From a plasmid: a stretch of DNA of 64,000 nt. Each line of letters begins with the position of its first letter. The first letter of the stretch is position 1. Below, in pieces: positions 18,857-33,151 of this stretch. Both the position numbers and the translations under genes were made by a program. The stretch lies in sequence record AP025670.1, one strand, 5' to 3'. The notes under the pieces are model-generated. The model did not search any database. It was given only the letters and a program-made list of their open reading frames with translations, and had not been told where the DNA came from.

Positions 18857-21800
18857 CAACGTTTTCTGCCTCTGACGCCTCTTTTAATGGTCTCAGATGT
18901 CCTTTGGTCACCAGTTCTGCCAGCGTGAAGGAATAATGGCCGAGCATATTGATATGTCCGTGGCAAAGCGGGGAGAGGCGTGCGATATCTTCATCATTCA
19001 GTGTTTCACCCTGCGCCCGGAGATGATCCAGGGCTGCCTGCATATAAATAGTGTTCCATAACACGACGGCGTTAGTGACCAGCCCCAGTGTGCCCAGTTG
19101 ATCTTCCTGACCGTCGGTATATCGTTTTCTTATCTCACCTTTTTGACCGTGACAGATGGCTCTGGCAACGGCATGGCGACTTTCTCCCCGATTAAGCTGG
19201 GTCAGAATGCGCCGGCGGTAATCTTCATCATCAATATAATTAAGCAGATACAGCGTTTTGTTGATGCGCCCCACTTCAATGATTGCCTGAGTCAGTCCGG
19301 AAGGACGTTCACTTTTCAGCAATGAACGGACCAGCACTGAAACCTGTACTTTGCCCAGCTTCAGGGAGCCAGCGGTCCGGATCATTTCGTCCCACTGAAG
19401 GACTATTTTTCGGGGATCTGATTGCCCTCTGGCAATATCATTCAGCACGCCATAGTCGGCATCATGGTCCATTCGCCAGAAAACCGAAGCACCGGCATCA
19501 GCCAGGCGTGGAGAAAACTGGTATCCCAGCAGCCAGAAAAGGCCAAAGACAAGTTCGCTGGCACCTGCTGTATCGGTCATAATTTCGGTTGGATTCAGCC
19601 CGGTCTCCTGTTCCAGAAGACCTTCCAGCACAAAGATAGAGTCCCTCAGCGTCCCCGGTATAACGATGCCATGAAAGCCGGAATACTGATCGGACACAAA
19701 GTTGTACCAGGTGATCCCTCTGTTATTACCAAAGTATTTGCGGTTCGGTCCGGCATTGATTGTTCTGACTGGCGTAACAAAGCGCATTCCATCTGCAGAT
19801 GCCACTTCTCCTCCACCCCATATCTGTGCCAGTGGCAGCGTTGCCTGAAAATCAACCAGTCTGGCATTAGCGCTGGTGATAGTTTCAGCCCGCAGATAGT
19901 TCGCTTTTGTCCAGTTCAGCCGGTGTCGGGTCAGTGCAGGAACATTTGATCTGATCAGTGGTTCCAGACCGATATTGCAGGCTTCAGCCATCAGCACGGC
20001 GCTGATGCTGACGGGCAGATCATCAACTCTGGCACTGGCTTCACTAGCATGGAAAAACTCATCAGCAAATCCGGTATGGGCGTTAATTTCGAGCAGCAAC
20101 TCCGTTAAATCCACCGGAGGGAGTAGATCACTGATCATTTTGCTCAGTCGTTTCAGACTGTCCGGCTCATCAAGACTGGCGAGGGGAGAAATTGTCAACC
20201 GGGGCTTCGGGCCAGAAACATCGAGTTCGACAGCCTCATTTTCGCAAAGACGTGCAGCAACCTGTCTGTAACGACTATCAAGCTGATGACCCAGAGATTT
20301 TATTGCTTCCTGCGGGTCTGTCGGGTGCCCCAAAGAACGATAAACCTTAATCCGGTTTGCCTGCCAGTCAGCACCCTGTAGTAATCTTGCACGAGGATCT
20401 CCCCACCGGTTACTGCCGGTAACGTAGACATCCCTCCGCCTCAGACTATCCTGCAGTTTACTGAGAAAGCAGAGCGTGTATCCCCTGCGGGTGATATGTT
20501 TTTCCTTGTTAATCACCAGCCGTTTCCATGACCGACTGATAATTTCCGTTGGTGCGTCGTCAAAAAACTGCCGCCGTGAGCTGAACTCCCGGCTGAGGTA
20601 GTCACAGGCATTCAGAGTGGTAACCCCGGCAGGTGCGGATGAAAATTTAACGGTATTCAGCAGATGGGGCAGGAAACGACGAACGCGCCCGTACTGCTCC
20701 ACCATTTCTTCATGAAAATTATCGTCTGAGGGCCGGGCAATTTCACGGACAAGCGTGATGATTTCAGCCAGCTTTTGCCTTGGGATGTAGCTGAACACCT
20801 CAGCACGAATCGATTCGTCCGGTGTTTCTTCTTTCAGCAGGTACGAACATGCGCTGGCGAGCGCCAATGCAGATTTATCCAGATCCTTCAGCGAGCGGAG
20901 CCGTTTTTTCTGCCCAATCTTTCTGGCGTCACGGATGATAACGGCCAGCATGGCGTCCAGAACGTCCAATGCATCATCCAGCGCCAGCGTTTCCCATGCA
21001 AGGACAAAGGCAACCAGAACCGCCATCCTTTTCTGCGGTGACATCCTGGCAATATTGAACACCGAAGTCATACCAGCATAACGTGCGAGATTTTTCAGGC
21101 GCACAGCCGGGAGTGTACTCAGGTTTTCAGCATGCAGGCCAAAATCGTTCAGAGTTTTCCAGCGTTCAATTGCTTCATTAAACGCCGGACCACTGATGGT
21201 CACAGGGCCCTTTTTCAGTGATTCCAGTAAAGACAGGCGGCTGCAATCAGTTGGCCCCAGCAGCATCTCCAGCTGTGAACGCTGTTCGGCTGACGGTATC
21301 AGTGCCAGTTTGTTCCACAGGCGCAACGTCGCCTTTTCCCTTACCTCTGAAATCAACCGGGTCAGCGTAGTGGCTCCGGGGAGAATAATACGATGTTGCA
21401 TAAGCCACCCTGTCGCCAGATCGAAAAGCAGGCCAGGACGTTCGTTGCTTATCCAGCTCCGGGTATATAAAAGACGGGTAAGGCGAAATGTCCAGGGCCA
21501 GGCAAATTCACGATACTGATAGTGCTGACGTATCAGCGCTGCATGCTCACGGCGGGTATTTTCCCTCTGACCGTATTCTGCAAGAACGGTGATATCACGA
21601 ATCCCGAGCTGTCTGGCGGTAAAATGCCGGACGCCGGAAGGAATATGATTCATATCGGTGAGGAAGGTGCCCAGAAAACGGACACATCCAATTTGCAGGG
21701 CAATGCCCAGACGGTTGTGATCACCTCTGCTTTTTCCGATAAATTCCTTGTCTGCTTCATCAAGGTGAAAATATCGTGCCAGCTGAAGCTCATCCGGTTC

Positions 21801-21857
21801 ACCGGTGAATCTGCCATAGCTTTCAGTCTGCTCAGTGGTCAGAAAGTCAACGGGCAT
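18852..21857 (-). CDS. tnpA: Tn3 transposase TnpA (1001 aa, MPVDFLTTEQTESYGRF...).
   Basis: Characteristic Tn3 TnpA N- and C-termini. The internal Met corresponding to the canonical start is used. Confidence 0.9.
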   Translation of the reverse strand: MPVDFLTTEQTESYGRFTGEPDELQLARYFHLDEADKEFIGKSRGDHNRLGIALQIGCVRFLGTFLTDMNHIPSGVRHFTARQLGIRDITVLAEYGQRENTRREHAALIRQHYQYREFAWPWTFRLTRLLYTRSWISNERPGLLFDLATGWLMQHRIILPGATTLTRLISEVREKATLRLWNKLALIPSAEQRSQLEMLLGPTDCSRLSLLESLKKGPVTISGPAFNEAIERWKTLNDFGLHAENLSTLPAVRLKNLARYAGMTSVFNIARMSPQKRMAVLVAFVLAWETLALDDALDVLDAMLAVIIRDARKIGQKKRLRSLKDLDKSALALASACSYLLKEETPDESIRAEVFSYIPRQKLAEIITLVREIARPSDDNFHEEMVEQYGRVRRFLPHLLNTVKFSSAPAGVTTLNACDYLSREFSSRRQFFDDAPTEIISRSWKRLVINKEKHITRRGYTLCFLSKLQDSLRRRDVYVTGSNRWGDPRARLLQGADWQANRIKVYRSLGHPTDPQEAIKSLGHQLDSRYRQVAARLCENEAVELDVSGPKPRLTISPLASLDEPDSLKRLSKMISDLLPPVDLTELLLEINAHTGFADEFFHASEASARVDDLPVSISAVLMAEACNIGLEPLIRSNVPALTRHRLNWTKANYLRAETITSANARLVDFQATLPLAQIWGGGEVASADGMRFVTPVRTINAGPNRKYFGNNRGITWYNFVSDQYSGFHGIVIPGTLRDSIFVLEGLLEQETGLNPTEIMTDTAGASELVFGLFWLLGYQFSPRLADAGASVFWRMDHDADYGVLNDIARGQSDPRKIVLQWDEMIRTAGSLKLGKVQVSVLVRSLLKSERPSGLTQAIIEVGRINKTLYLLNYIDDEDYRRRILTQLNRGESRHAVARAICHGQKGEIRKRYTDGQEDQLGTLGLVTNAVVLWNTIYMQAALDHLRAQGETLNDEDIARLSPLCHGHINMLGHYSFTLAELVTKGHLRPLKEASEAENVA

Positions 21858-22578
<721 letters not shown>

Positions 22579-22689
22579 TACGCCTATTTTTATAGGTTAA
22601 TGTCATGATAATAATGGTTTCTTAGACGTCAGGTGGCACTTTTCGGGGAAATGTGCGCGGAACCCCTATTTGTTTATTTTTCTAAATAC

Positions 22690-22722
22690 ATTCAAATATG
22701 TATCCGCTCATGAGACAATAAC
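22690..22722 (+). promoter_or_regulatory. blaTEM P3-type promoter (-35 TTCAAA, -10 GACAAT).
   Basis: Standard bla upstream sequence 'TTCAAATATGTATCCGCTCATGAGACAATAACCCTG'. Confidence 0.6.
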
Positions 22723-22748
22723 CCTGGTAAATGCTTCAATAATATTGA

Positions 22749-23621
<873 letters not shown>

Positions 23622-23641
23622 CTGTCAGACCAAGTTTACTC

Positions 23642-24461
23642 GGCACTGTTGCAAAGTTAGCGATGAGGCAGCCTTTTGTCTTATTCAAAGGCCTTACATT
23701 TCAAAAACTCTGCTTACCAGGCGCATTTCGCCCAGGGGATCACCATAATAAAATGCTGAGGCCTGGCCTTTGCGTAGTGCACGCATCACCTCAATACCTT
23801 TGATGGTGGCGTAAGCCGTCTTCATGGATTTAAATCCCAGCGTGGCGCCGATTATCCGTTTCAGTTTGCCATGATCGCATTCAATCACGTTGTTCCGGTA
23901 CTTAATCTGTCGGTGTTCAACGTCAGACGGGCACCGGCCTTCGCGTTTGAGCAGAGCAAGCGCGCGACCATAGGCGGGCGCTTTATCCGTGTTGATGAAT
24001 CGCGGGATCTGCCACTTCTTCACGTTGTTGAGGATTTTACCCAGAAACCGGTATGCAGCTTTGCTGTTACGACGGGAGGAGAGATAAAAATCGACAGTGC
24101 GGCCCCGGCTGTCGACGGCCCGGTACAGATACGCCCAGCGGCCATTGACCTTCACGTAGGTTTCATCCATGTGCCACGGGCAAAGATCGGAAGGGTTACG
24201 CCAGTACCAGCGCAGCCGTTTTTCCATTTCAGGCGCATAACGCTGAACCCAGCGGTAAATCGTGGAGTGATCGACATTCACTCCGCGTTCAGCCAGCATC
24301 TCCTGCAGCTCACGGTAACTGATGCCGTATTTGCAGTACCAGCGTACGGCCCACAGAATGATGTCACGCTGAAAATGCCGGCCTTTGAATGGGTTCATGT
24401 GCAGCTCCATCAGCAAAAGGGGATGATAAGTTTATCACCACCGACTATTTGCAACAGTGCC
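23642..24461 (-). mobile_element. IS26 copy 2 (820 bp). No target-site duplication (flanks GTTTACTC and GACTCAGG).
   Basis: Exact IS26 IRs. Confidence 0.95.
23694..24398 (-). CDS. tnpA: IS26 transposase.
   Basis: Identical to the other copies. Confidence 0.95.
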   Translation of the reverse strand: MNPFKGRHFQRDIILWAVRWYCKYGISYRELQEMLAERGVNVDHSTIYRWVQRYAPEMEKRLRWYWRNPSDLCPWHMDETYVKVNGRWAYLYRAVDSRGRTVDFYLSSRRNSKAAYRFLGKILNNVKKWQIPRFINTDKAPAYGRALALLKREGRCPSDVEHRQIKYRNNVIECDHGKLKRIIGATLGFKSMKTAYATIKGIEVMRALRKGQASAFYYGDPLGEMRLVSRVFEM

Positions 24462-24829
24462 GACTCAGGGGCAAAGATTCTGTCTCAGTAAATCAGGCTC
24501 TTACCGACAAATTCCTGAGTTTACCGTCAGAACTCAGAAAATCACTGACATGGGACAGAGGAATGGAACTGGCCAGACATCTAGAATTTACTGTCAGCAC
24601 CGGCGTTAAAGTTTACTTCTGCGATCCTCAGAGTCCTTGGCAGCGGGGAACAAATGAGAACACAAATGGGCTAATTCGGCAGTACTTTCCTAAAAAGACA
24701 TGTCTTGCCCAATATACTCAACATGAACTAGATCTGGTTGCTGCTCAGCTAAACAACAGACCGAGAAAGACACTGAAGTTCAAAACACCGAAAGAGATAA
24801 TTGAAAGGGGTGTTGCATTGACAGATTGA
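24462..24829 (+). pseudogene. 3' fragment of an IS30-family transposase gene (..VYFCDPQSPWQRGTNENTNGLIRQYFPKK..), truncated at the 5' end by IS26.
   Basis: Conserved IS30-family integrase C-terminal motif. The reading frame continues from inside IS26. Confidence 0.6.
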
Positions 24830-24852
24830 ATCTACAGCGGCTTTTTTTAATA

Positions 24853-25152
24853 TGTCCCGTTCGTCTGTAACCCGCTTCAGCTCTTTCTGGAGACGGCGGA
24901 TCTCGGCCTGAGCATCTGACTGTTCTTTATTAATGGAAGGATCCGGACCGTACATCTTTATCCAGGCGTAAAGGCTGTGGGTGGTGATATCGAGACGTGT
25001 TGCAACGCTGGCAACAGAATAACCGCGATCAACAACCTGTTTGACTGCTTCAGTTTTAAACTCTTCGGGATAACGCTTACCGCTCATGGGCACCTCTCTT
25101 TAAGCCATCTTAAATGACTCTGAGGTGTCTGTTAAACCCGTGGCGATTCAAG
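24853..25152 (-). pseudogene. Left end of an IS3-family element: orfA N-terminus (MPMSGKRYPEEFKTEAVKQVVDRGYSVASVATRLDIT...LKKAA) plus a terminal IR ending TGA at about 25152. orfB is missing and is replaced by the IS30-family sequence.
   Basis: HTH orfA signature with a leucine zipper. The frame degenerates below about 24853. Confidence 0.6.
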
Positions 25153-25397
25153 AGAAAGAACATTCTGAATTCATCCGCCAGTTCATCCGGGAATGGCTCT
25201 GGCAGGCAGTGCCCGCAGTCATACATGACCGACCTGATAACGTCTGGCCTTCTTCGCTCAGTAACGTTTTGTGTCCAGGACGTCAGTCTTCACAGCTGTC
25301 AAATCAACGCTATTTCATAAGGCGGCTCACGTTTTTATGTCATGAGCCGCGCTTTTCCGGCTGGAACGTTCCACCCACTCGGTCACTGTGATTTAAT

Positions 25398-25416
25398 ATG
25401 CTAAACCGGTTTAATT
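25398..25416. promoter_or_regulatory. Putative ScrR (LacI-family) operator palindrome TAAACCGGTTTA in the scrK promoter.
   Basis: Near-perfect palindrome, repeated twice more upstream of scrY. Confidence 0.5.
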
Positions 25417-25441
25417 AAGTTTAGCTTTGGAGGGTTTTAGC

Positions 25442-26365
25442 ATGAATGCAAAAGTTTGGGTTCTGGGCGACGCGGTGGTGGACCTGCTGCCGGAGAGCGA
25501 AGGGCGCCTGCTGCAGTGCCCTGGAGGCGCGCCGGCTAACGTGGCGGTAGGGGTTGCCCGCCTTGGCGGCAACAGCGGATTTATCGGCCGCGTCGGCGGT
25601 GACCCGTTTGGCCGCTACATGCGTCATACCCTGCAACAGGAGCAGGTCGACGTCAGCCATATGTATCTCGACGATCAGCACCGCACGTCCACTGTGGTCG
25701 TCGACCTTGACGACCAGGGGGAACGCACCTTTACCTTTATGGTACGCCCCAGCGCGGACCTGTTCCTGGTTGAAGAAGACCTGCCACAGTTTGCCGCCGG
25801 ACAGTGGTTGCACGTCTGCTCCATCGCGCTCAGCGCCGAGCCCAGCCGTAGCACTACCTTCGCGGCGATGGAGAGCATCAGGTCTGCCGGCGGTCGGGTC
25901 AGCTTTGACCCTAATATTCGTCCCGATCTCTGGCAGGATCAGGCTTTGCTGCTAGCCTGCCTCGATCGCGCTTTGCACATGGCCAACGTGGTAAAGCTAT
26001 CGGAAGAGGAGCTGGTCTTCATCAGCAGCAGTAATGATTTAGCATACGGAATCGCCAGCGTAACGGAGCGCTATCAGCCAGAATTGCTACTGGTGACCCG
26101 GGGCAAAGCGGGGGTGCTTGCCGCGTTTCAGCAGAAGTTTACCCATTTCAACGCCCGGCCTGTGGCCAGCGTGGACACCACCGGCGCGGGAGACGCATTT
26201 GTCGCCGGACTGCTCGCCAGCCTTGCGGCTAACGGGATGCCAACGGACATGACCGCACTGGAACCGACACTCACGCTTGCACAGACCTGCGGCGCCCTGG
26301 CCACCACAGCCAAAGGTGCGATGACCGCCTTGCCTTATCAGCGCGATCTCAACCGTCAGTTTTAA
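25442..26365 (+). CDS. scrK: Fructokinase ScrK (ROK/PfkB sugar kinase).
   Basis: 'MNAKVWVLGDAVVDLLPE..GGAPANVAVGVARLGG' N-terminus and 'DTTGAGDAF' motif. GGAGGG RBS. Confidence 0.85.
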   Translation: MNAKVWVLGDAVVDLLPESEGRLLQCPGGAPANVAVGVARLGGNSGFIGRVGGDPFGRYMRHTLQQEQVDVSHMYLDDQHRTSTVVVDLDDQGERTFTFMVRPSADLFLVEEDLPQFAAGQWLHVCSIALSAEPSRSTTFAAMESIRSAGGRVSFDPNIRPDLWQDQALLLACLDRALHMANVVKLSEEELVFISSSNDLAYGIASVTERYQPELLLVTRGKAGVLAAFQQKFTHFNARPVASVDTTGAGDAFVAGLLASLAANGMPTDMTALEPTLTLAQTCGALATTAKGAMTALPYQRDLNRQF

Positions 26366-26412
26366 TCCTTAAAGCCGCTTTGCGCGGCTCACTTTGTTGC
26401 ATGCATCACATT

Positions 26413-26430
26413 TATTAAACCGGTTTAGCA
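26413..26430. promoter_or_regulatory. Second ScrR operator-like palindrome (TTAAACCGGTTTAG).
   Basis: Palindrome in the scrK-scrY intergenic region. Confidence 0.5.
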
Positions 26431-26472
26431 TATTTGTTTTAAGAAAAACAAAGGTCGGGCTTAACATAGCGC

Positions 26473-28048
<1,576 letters not shown>

Positions 28049-28183
28049 CGGCTTACGCCTGATGACAGGAATAGCCGGGGGTCAGAGCATCTTTGTCACC
28101 CCGGACTCAACTAAGACGCAGAAAAAGCGCTCCCGTGAACGCGGGACGACAACATAAAAATGTTTAAGCCTTAAGAGGGTACT

Positions 28184-29554
28184 ATGGATTTTGAACAGAT
28201 TTCCTGCTCGCTGCTTCCGCTTCTTGGAGGCAAAGAAAATATCGCCAGCGCCGCGCACTGCGCCACGCGCCTGCGCCTGGTGCTGGTCGATGATTCGCTG
28301 GCCGACCAGCAGGCCATCGGCAAAGTTGAAGGGGTGAAGGGCTGTTTTCGTAATGCCGGACAGATGCAGATTATTTTCGGCACCGGGGTGGTAAATAAGG
28401 TCTACGCTGCCTTTACTCAGGCGGCGGGTATTAGCGAATCCAGCAAATCGGAAGCCGCCGACATCGCGGCAAAAAAGCTCAATCCGTTCCAGCGCATCGC
28501 CCGCCTGCTATCAAACATCTTCGTGCCGATAATCCCTGCCATCGTCGCCTCTGGTCTGCTGATGGGCCTGCTGGGAATGGTCAAAACATACGGCTGGGTT
28601 GACCCGGGCAACGCCATCTACATCATGCTGGATATGTGCAGCTCGGCGGCATTTATCATTCTGCCGATTCTGATTGGCTTTACCGCCGCCCGCGAATTCG
28701 GCGGTAATCCTTATCTCGGCGCGACGCTTGGCGGCATTCTGACTCATCCAGCGCTGACTAACGCCTGGGGCGTGGCCGCGGGTTTCCACACCATGAACTT
28801 TTTCGGCTTCGAAATTGCCATGATCGGCTATCAGGGTACGGTGTTCCCGGTACTGCTGGCAGTATGGTTTATGAGCATCGTTGAGAAGCAGTTGCGTCGC
28901 GCAATCCCCGATGCCCTGGATTTGATCCTGACGCCGTTCCTGACGGTGATTATATCCGGTTTTATCGCCCTGTTGATTATCGGCCCGGCCGGTCGCGCAC
29001 TGGGCGACGGTATCTCGTTTGTCCTCAGCACCCTGATTAGCCACGCCGGCTGGCTCGCCGGGTTACTGTTTGGCGGTCTCTATTCAGTTATCGTCATTAC
29101 CGGTATTCATCACAGCTTCCATGCGGTTGAAGCCGGGTTGCTGGGCAATCCCTCCATCGGCGTCAACTTCCTGCTGCCGATTTGGGCGATGGCCAACGTC
29201 GCTCAGGGCGGAGCCTGTCTGGCGGTGTGGTTCAAAACCAAAGATGCAAAAATTAAAGCCATTACTCTGCCCTCGGCGTTTTCCGCCATGCTGGGCATCA
29301 CCGAGGCGGCGATTTTTGGTATTAACCTGCGCTTTGTGAAGCCATTTATTGCGGCGCTGATTGGTGGTGCGGCGGGCGGCGCATGGGTGGTATCTGTACA
29401 CGTCTACATGACCGCGGTCGGCTTGACAGCGATCCCCGGCATGGCCATCGTGCAGGCCAGTTCGCTGTTGAACTACATTATCGGGATGGTTATCGCCTTT
29501 GGCGTCGCCTTTACGGTCTCCCTGGTTTTGAAATACAAAACGGACGCTGAATAA
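28184..29554 (+). CDS. scrA: PTS sucrose-specific EIIBC component ScrA.
   Basis: EIIB cysteine motif 'AAHCATRLRLV' followed by a polytopic EIIC domain. Confidence 0.9.
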   Translation: MDFEQISCSLLPLLGGKENIASAAHCATRLRLVLVDDSLADQQAIGKVEGVKGCFRNAGQMQIIFGTGVVNKVYAAFTQAAGISESSKSEAADIAAKKLNPFQRIARLLSNIFVPIIPAIVASGLLMGLLGMVKTYGWVDPGNAIYIMLDMCSSAAFIILPILIGFTAAREFGGNPYLGATLGGILTHPALTNAWGVAAGFHTMNFFGFEIAMIGYQGTVFPVLLAVWFMSIVEKQLRRAIPDALDLILTPFLTVIISGFIALLIIGPAGRALGDGISFVLSTLISHAGWLAGLLFGGLYSVIVITGIHHSFHAVEAGLLGNPSIGVNFLLPIWAMANVAQGGACLAVWFKTKDAKIKAITLPSAFSAMLGITEAAIFGINLRFVKPFIAALIGGAAGGAWVVSVHVYMTAVGLTAIPGMAIVQASSLLNYIIGMVIAFGVAFTVSLVLKYKTDAE

Positions 29555-30954
29555 TGTCTCTTCCATCACGACTGCCTGCGATTTTGCAGGCCGTAATGCA
29601 GGGCCAGCCGCGCGCGCTGGCCGATAGCCACTATCCGCGCTGGCACCATGCGCCGGTCACCGGGCTGATGAACGACCCCAACGGCTTTATCGAATTTGCC
29701 GGACGCTATCATCTGTTTTATCAGTGGAACCCGCTCGCCTGCGATCATACGTTTAAGTGCTGGGCGCACTGGAGTTCCATCGATCTGCTGCACTGGCAGC
29801 ATGAGCCCATTGCGCTGATGCCGGACGAAGAGTATGACCGTAACGGCTGCTACTCCGGCAGCGCGGTGGATAACAACGGTACGCTTACCCTGTGCTATAC
29901 CGGCAACGTGAAGTTTGCCGAGGGAGGGCGAACCGCCTGGCAATGCCTGGCAACGGAAAACGCTGACGGCACCTTCCGCAAAATCGGTCCGGTCCTGCCG
30001 CTGCCGGAGGGCTACACCGGCCACGTGCGCGACCCAAAAGTCTGGCGACACGAAGACCTGTGGTACATGGTGCTGGGCGCGCAGGATCGGCAAAAGCGCG
30101 GCAAGGTGCTGCTGTTCAGCTCTGCGGATCTCCATCAGTGGACGAGTATGGGTGAAATCGCCGGCCACGGCATCAATGGCCTCGACGACGTCGGCTATAT
30201 GTGGGAGTGCCCGGATCTTTTTCCACTCGGCGACCAGCATATTCTAATCTGCTGTCCGCAGGGGATTGCCCGTGAGGAAGAGTGCTACCTGAACACCTAC
30301 CCGGCAGTATGGATGGCGGGCGAGTTTGATTACGCTGCTGGCGCTTTCAGACACGGCGAACTGCACGAACTGGACGCCGGGTTTGAGTTCTACGCCCCGC
30401 AAACCATGCTTACCAGTGATGGCCGTCGTCTGCTGGTCGGCTGGATGGGCGTGCCGGAGGGCGAAGAGATGCTTCAGCCGACCCTGAACAACGGCTGGAT
30501 CCATCAGATGACCTGCCTGCGTGAGCTGGAGTTTATCAACGGTCAGCTCTATCAGCGTCCGCTACGGGAACTGAGCGCCCTGCGCGGTGAAGCGAACGGC
30601 TGGTCGGGGAACGCCCTGCCGCTGGCACCGATGGAAATCGATTTGCAAACCCGCGGGGGCGATATGTTGAGCCTCGATTTTGGCGGCGTATTAACCCTTG
30701 AGTGCGATGCCAGCGGACTCCGCCTGGCCCGACGCAGTCTCGCCAGTGACGAGATGCATTATCGTTACTGGCGCGGAAACGTCCGCTCGCTGCGTGTTTT
30801 CATCGACCAGTCGAGCGTGGAGATTTTCATAAACGGCGGTGAAGGGGTGATGAGCAGCCGCTACTTCCCGGCCTGCTCCGGTCAGCTAACATTCTCCGGC
30901 ATCACGCCGGACGCATTCTGCTACTGGCCGCTGCGAACTTGCATGGTAGAATAA
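29554..30954 (+). CDS. scrB: Sucrose-6-phosphate hydrolase ScrB (GH32 invertase).
   Basis: '[21 protein letters not shown]' GH32 motif, 'RDP' and 'EC' catalytic motifs. Confidence 0.9.
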
Positions 30955-30983
30955 GCGTTTTGCTTCAGGCTCATGGCGTCGTA

Positions 30984-31988
30984 ATGAAAACCAAACGCGT
31001 AACCATTAAAGATATAGCCGAACAGGCTGGCGTCTCCAAAGCGACCGCCAGCTTGGTACTGAATGGTCGTGGCAAGGAGCTGCGCGTGGCGCAGGAAACG
31101 CGTGAGCGCGTACTGTCGATTGCCCGTAAGCATCACTATCAGCCAAGCATTCATGCCCGCTCGCTGCGCAACAACCGCAGCCACACCATCGGGCTGGTGG
31201 TGCCGGAGATCACCAACCACGGCTTTGCGGTCTTTGCCCATGAGCTGGAGATGCTGTGCCGCGAGGCGGGCGTCCAGCTGTTGATCTCTTGTACTGATGA
31301 AAACCCCGGTCAGGAGAGCGTGGTGGTCAATAATATGATTGCCCGCCAGGTCGACGGGATGATCGTCGCTTCCTGTATGCACAACGATGCCGACTATCTC
31401 AAACTCAGCCAACAGCTGCCAGTGGTGCTGTTTGACCGGTGCCCCAATGAAAGCGCGCTGCCGCTGGTAATGACCGATTCGATTACCCCAACGGCGGAAC
31501 TGATTTCCCGCATCGCGCCTCAGCATAGCGATGAGTTCTGGTTTTTAGGCGGTCAGGCGCGTCTGTCGCCCTCCCGCGATCGTCTGACCGGGTTCACGCA
31601 GGGTTTGGCTCAGGCGGGTATTGCCCTGCGTCCGGAATGGGTGATCAACGGCAATTACCACCCCAGCTCCGGCTATGAGATGTTTGCCGCACTCTGCGCG
31701 CGCCTTGGGCGGCCGCCTAAGGCGCTATTCACCGCCGCCTGCGGGCTGCTCGAAGGGGTTCTGCGCTATATGAGCCAGCACCATTTACTCGATTCCGATA
31801 TTCATCTGACGAGCTTTGACGATCACTATCTTTATGATTCGCTGTCGCTGCGTATCGACACTGTCCAGCAGGATAATCGCCAGCTGGCCTGGCACTGCTA
31901 CGATCTGATAAGCCAGCTGATCGAGGGCGATACGCCCGAAACGCTACAACGCTACCTGCCCGCAACGCTGCAGTTTCGGCATCAGTAA
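30984..31988 (+). CDS. scrR: LacI-family sucrose operon repressor ScrR.
   Basis: N-terminal HTH '[23 protein letters not shown]' and a periplasmic-binding-fold core. Confidence 0.85.
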
Positions 31989-32421
31989 TAACTGAGTATT
32001 TTTGAATAGCGACGCTGGATGCCGATTGGTCTGAACGGCCCGGCGATCGCCGGGCATACCATTGGCGCCGGCATCGTGCTGGTAACGACCATATTAGGGC
32101 GTTTGAGCAGTTGCCTGGCCTCACGCAGGGAGACTGGATTAACTGACCGCTGACAAAATGCCTGACAATGACAGTCCGTTTTGTGCCAGATATAGTCATT
32201 CACACCCTGAGAGTTACACTTTTAAGTGATTCAGGGTATGCGCTTATTGGTTACGAATATTGTGCCAGAATCATGTGATTCGATGATTGCCGCTTTGCTT
32301 TCGAGCCAGTAAGTGCTCCACGTTCGCTAACGAATACTCAGGGCATGCAGAAAAACTGCTGACTATATTTCTTTCGAAGAGCGTGGAATGCATACCAATC
32401 CCCGATAAAAAGGAGTTGGTG

Positions 32422-32931
32422 ATGACTGCGAAAGATCAGTTTGCTGCTCATGTTGGTTTGGACTGGGCGGATAAAAAACACGATGTCTGCGTTCAGTTTA
32501 AAAACGGTGATCGCATATTCCATGTGATTGAACATACGCCTGAGGCACTTGATATCTGGCTCAATGAGTTACACCAGAGGGCGAAAGGCAGGATTGCTAT
32601 TGCCGTTGAGCTGAAGAAAGGCCCGGTGGTGTATGCACTCCAGAAGTACCCATTTGTCACAGTTTTTCCAGTACACGCGTTGTCACTGGCCCGCTACCGA
32701 CAGGCTTTCTGGCCCAGCGGCGCGAAGGATGATCCGCAGGATGCTGAGCTGGCATTAGACCTGATGCTACGTTATCCCCACAAGATAAAAGCCATTGAAG
32801 CCGACAATCCGGATATCCGATTACTCCAGCAATTAGTTGAGCAGCGCCGACTGCTGGTCGAAGACAAGCGTCGCTTTGTTAATCGGCTCATCAATACGCT
32901 TAAGCAGTATTACCCTCAGCCCCTGGGGTAA
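32422..32931 (+). pseudogene. N-terminal about 170 aa of an IS110-family transposase (DEDD domain, 'VGLDWADKKHDVCV'), truncated at the 3' end by the IS1 insertion.
   Basis: IS110-family N-terminal signature with an AAAGGAG RBS. The ORF terminates at the IS1 IRL. Confidence 0.55.
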
Positions 32932-33151
32932 TGCTGCCAACTTACTGATTTAGTGTATGATGGTGATTTTAAGGTGCTTGCGTGGCTTCCATTTCCATCA
33001 GATGTCCTTCCTGCTCCGCTACTGAAGGCGTAGTGCGTAACGGCAAAAGCACTGCCGGACATCAGCGCTATCTCTGCTCTCATTGCCGTAAAACATGGCA
33101 ACTACAGTTCACTTACACCGCCTCTCAGCCCGGTACGCACCAGAAAATCAT
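32927..33151 (+). mobile_element. insA: IS1 left-end fragment: IRL GGTAATGCTGCCAACTTACTGAT plus insA' ([56 protein letters not shown]), truncated by IS26.
   Basis: Near-identical to the canonical IS1 IRL and InsA N-terminus. Confidence 0.85.
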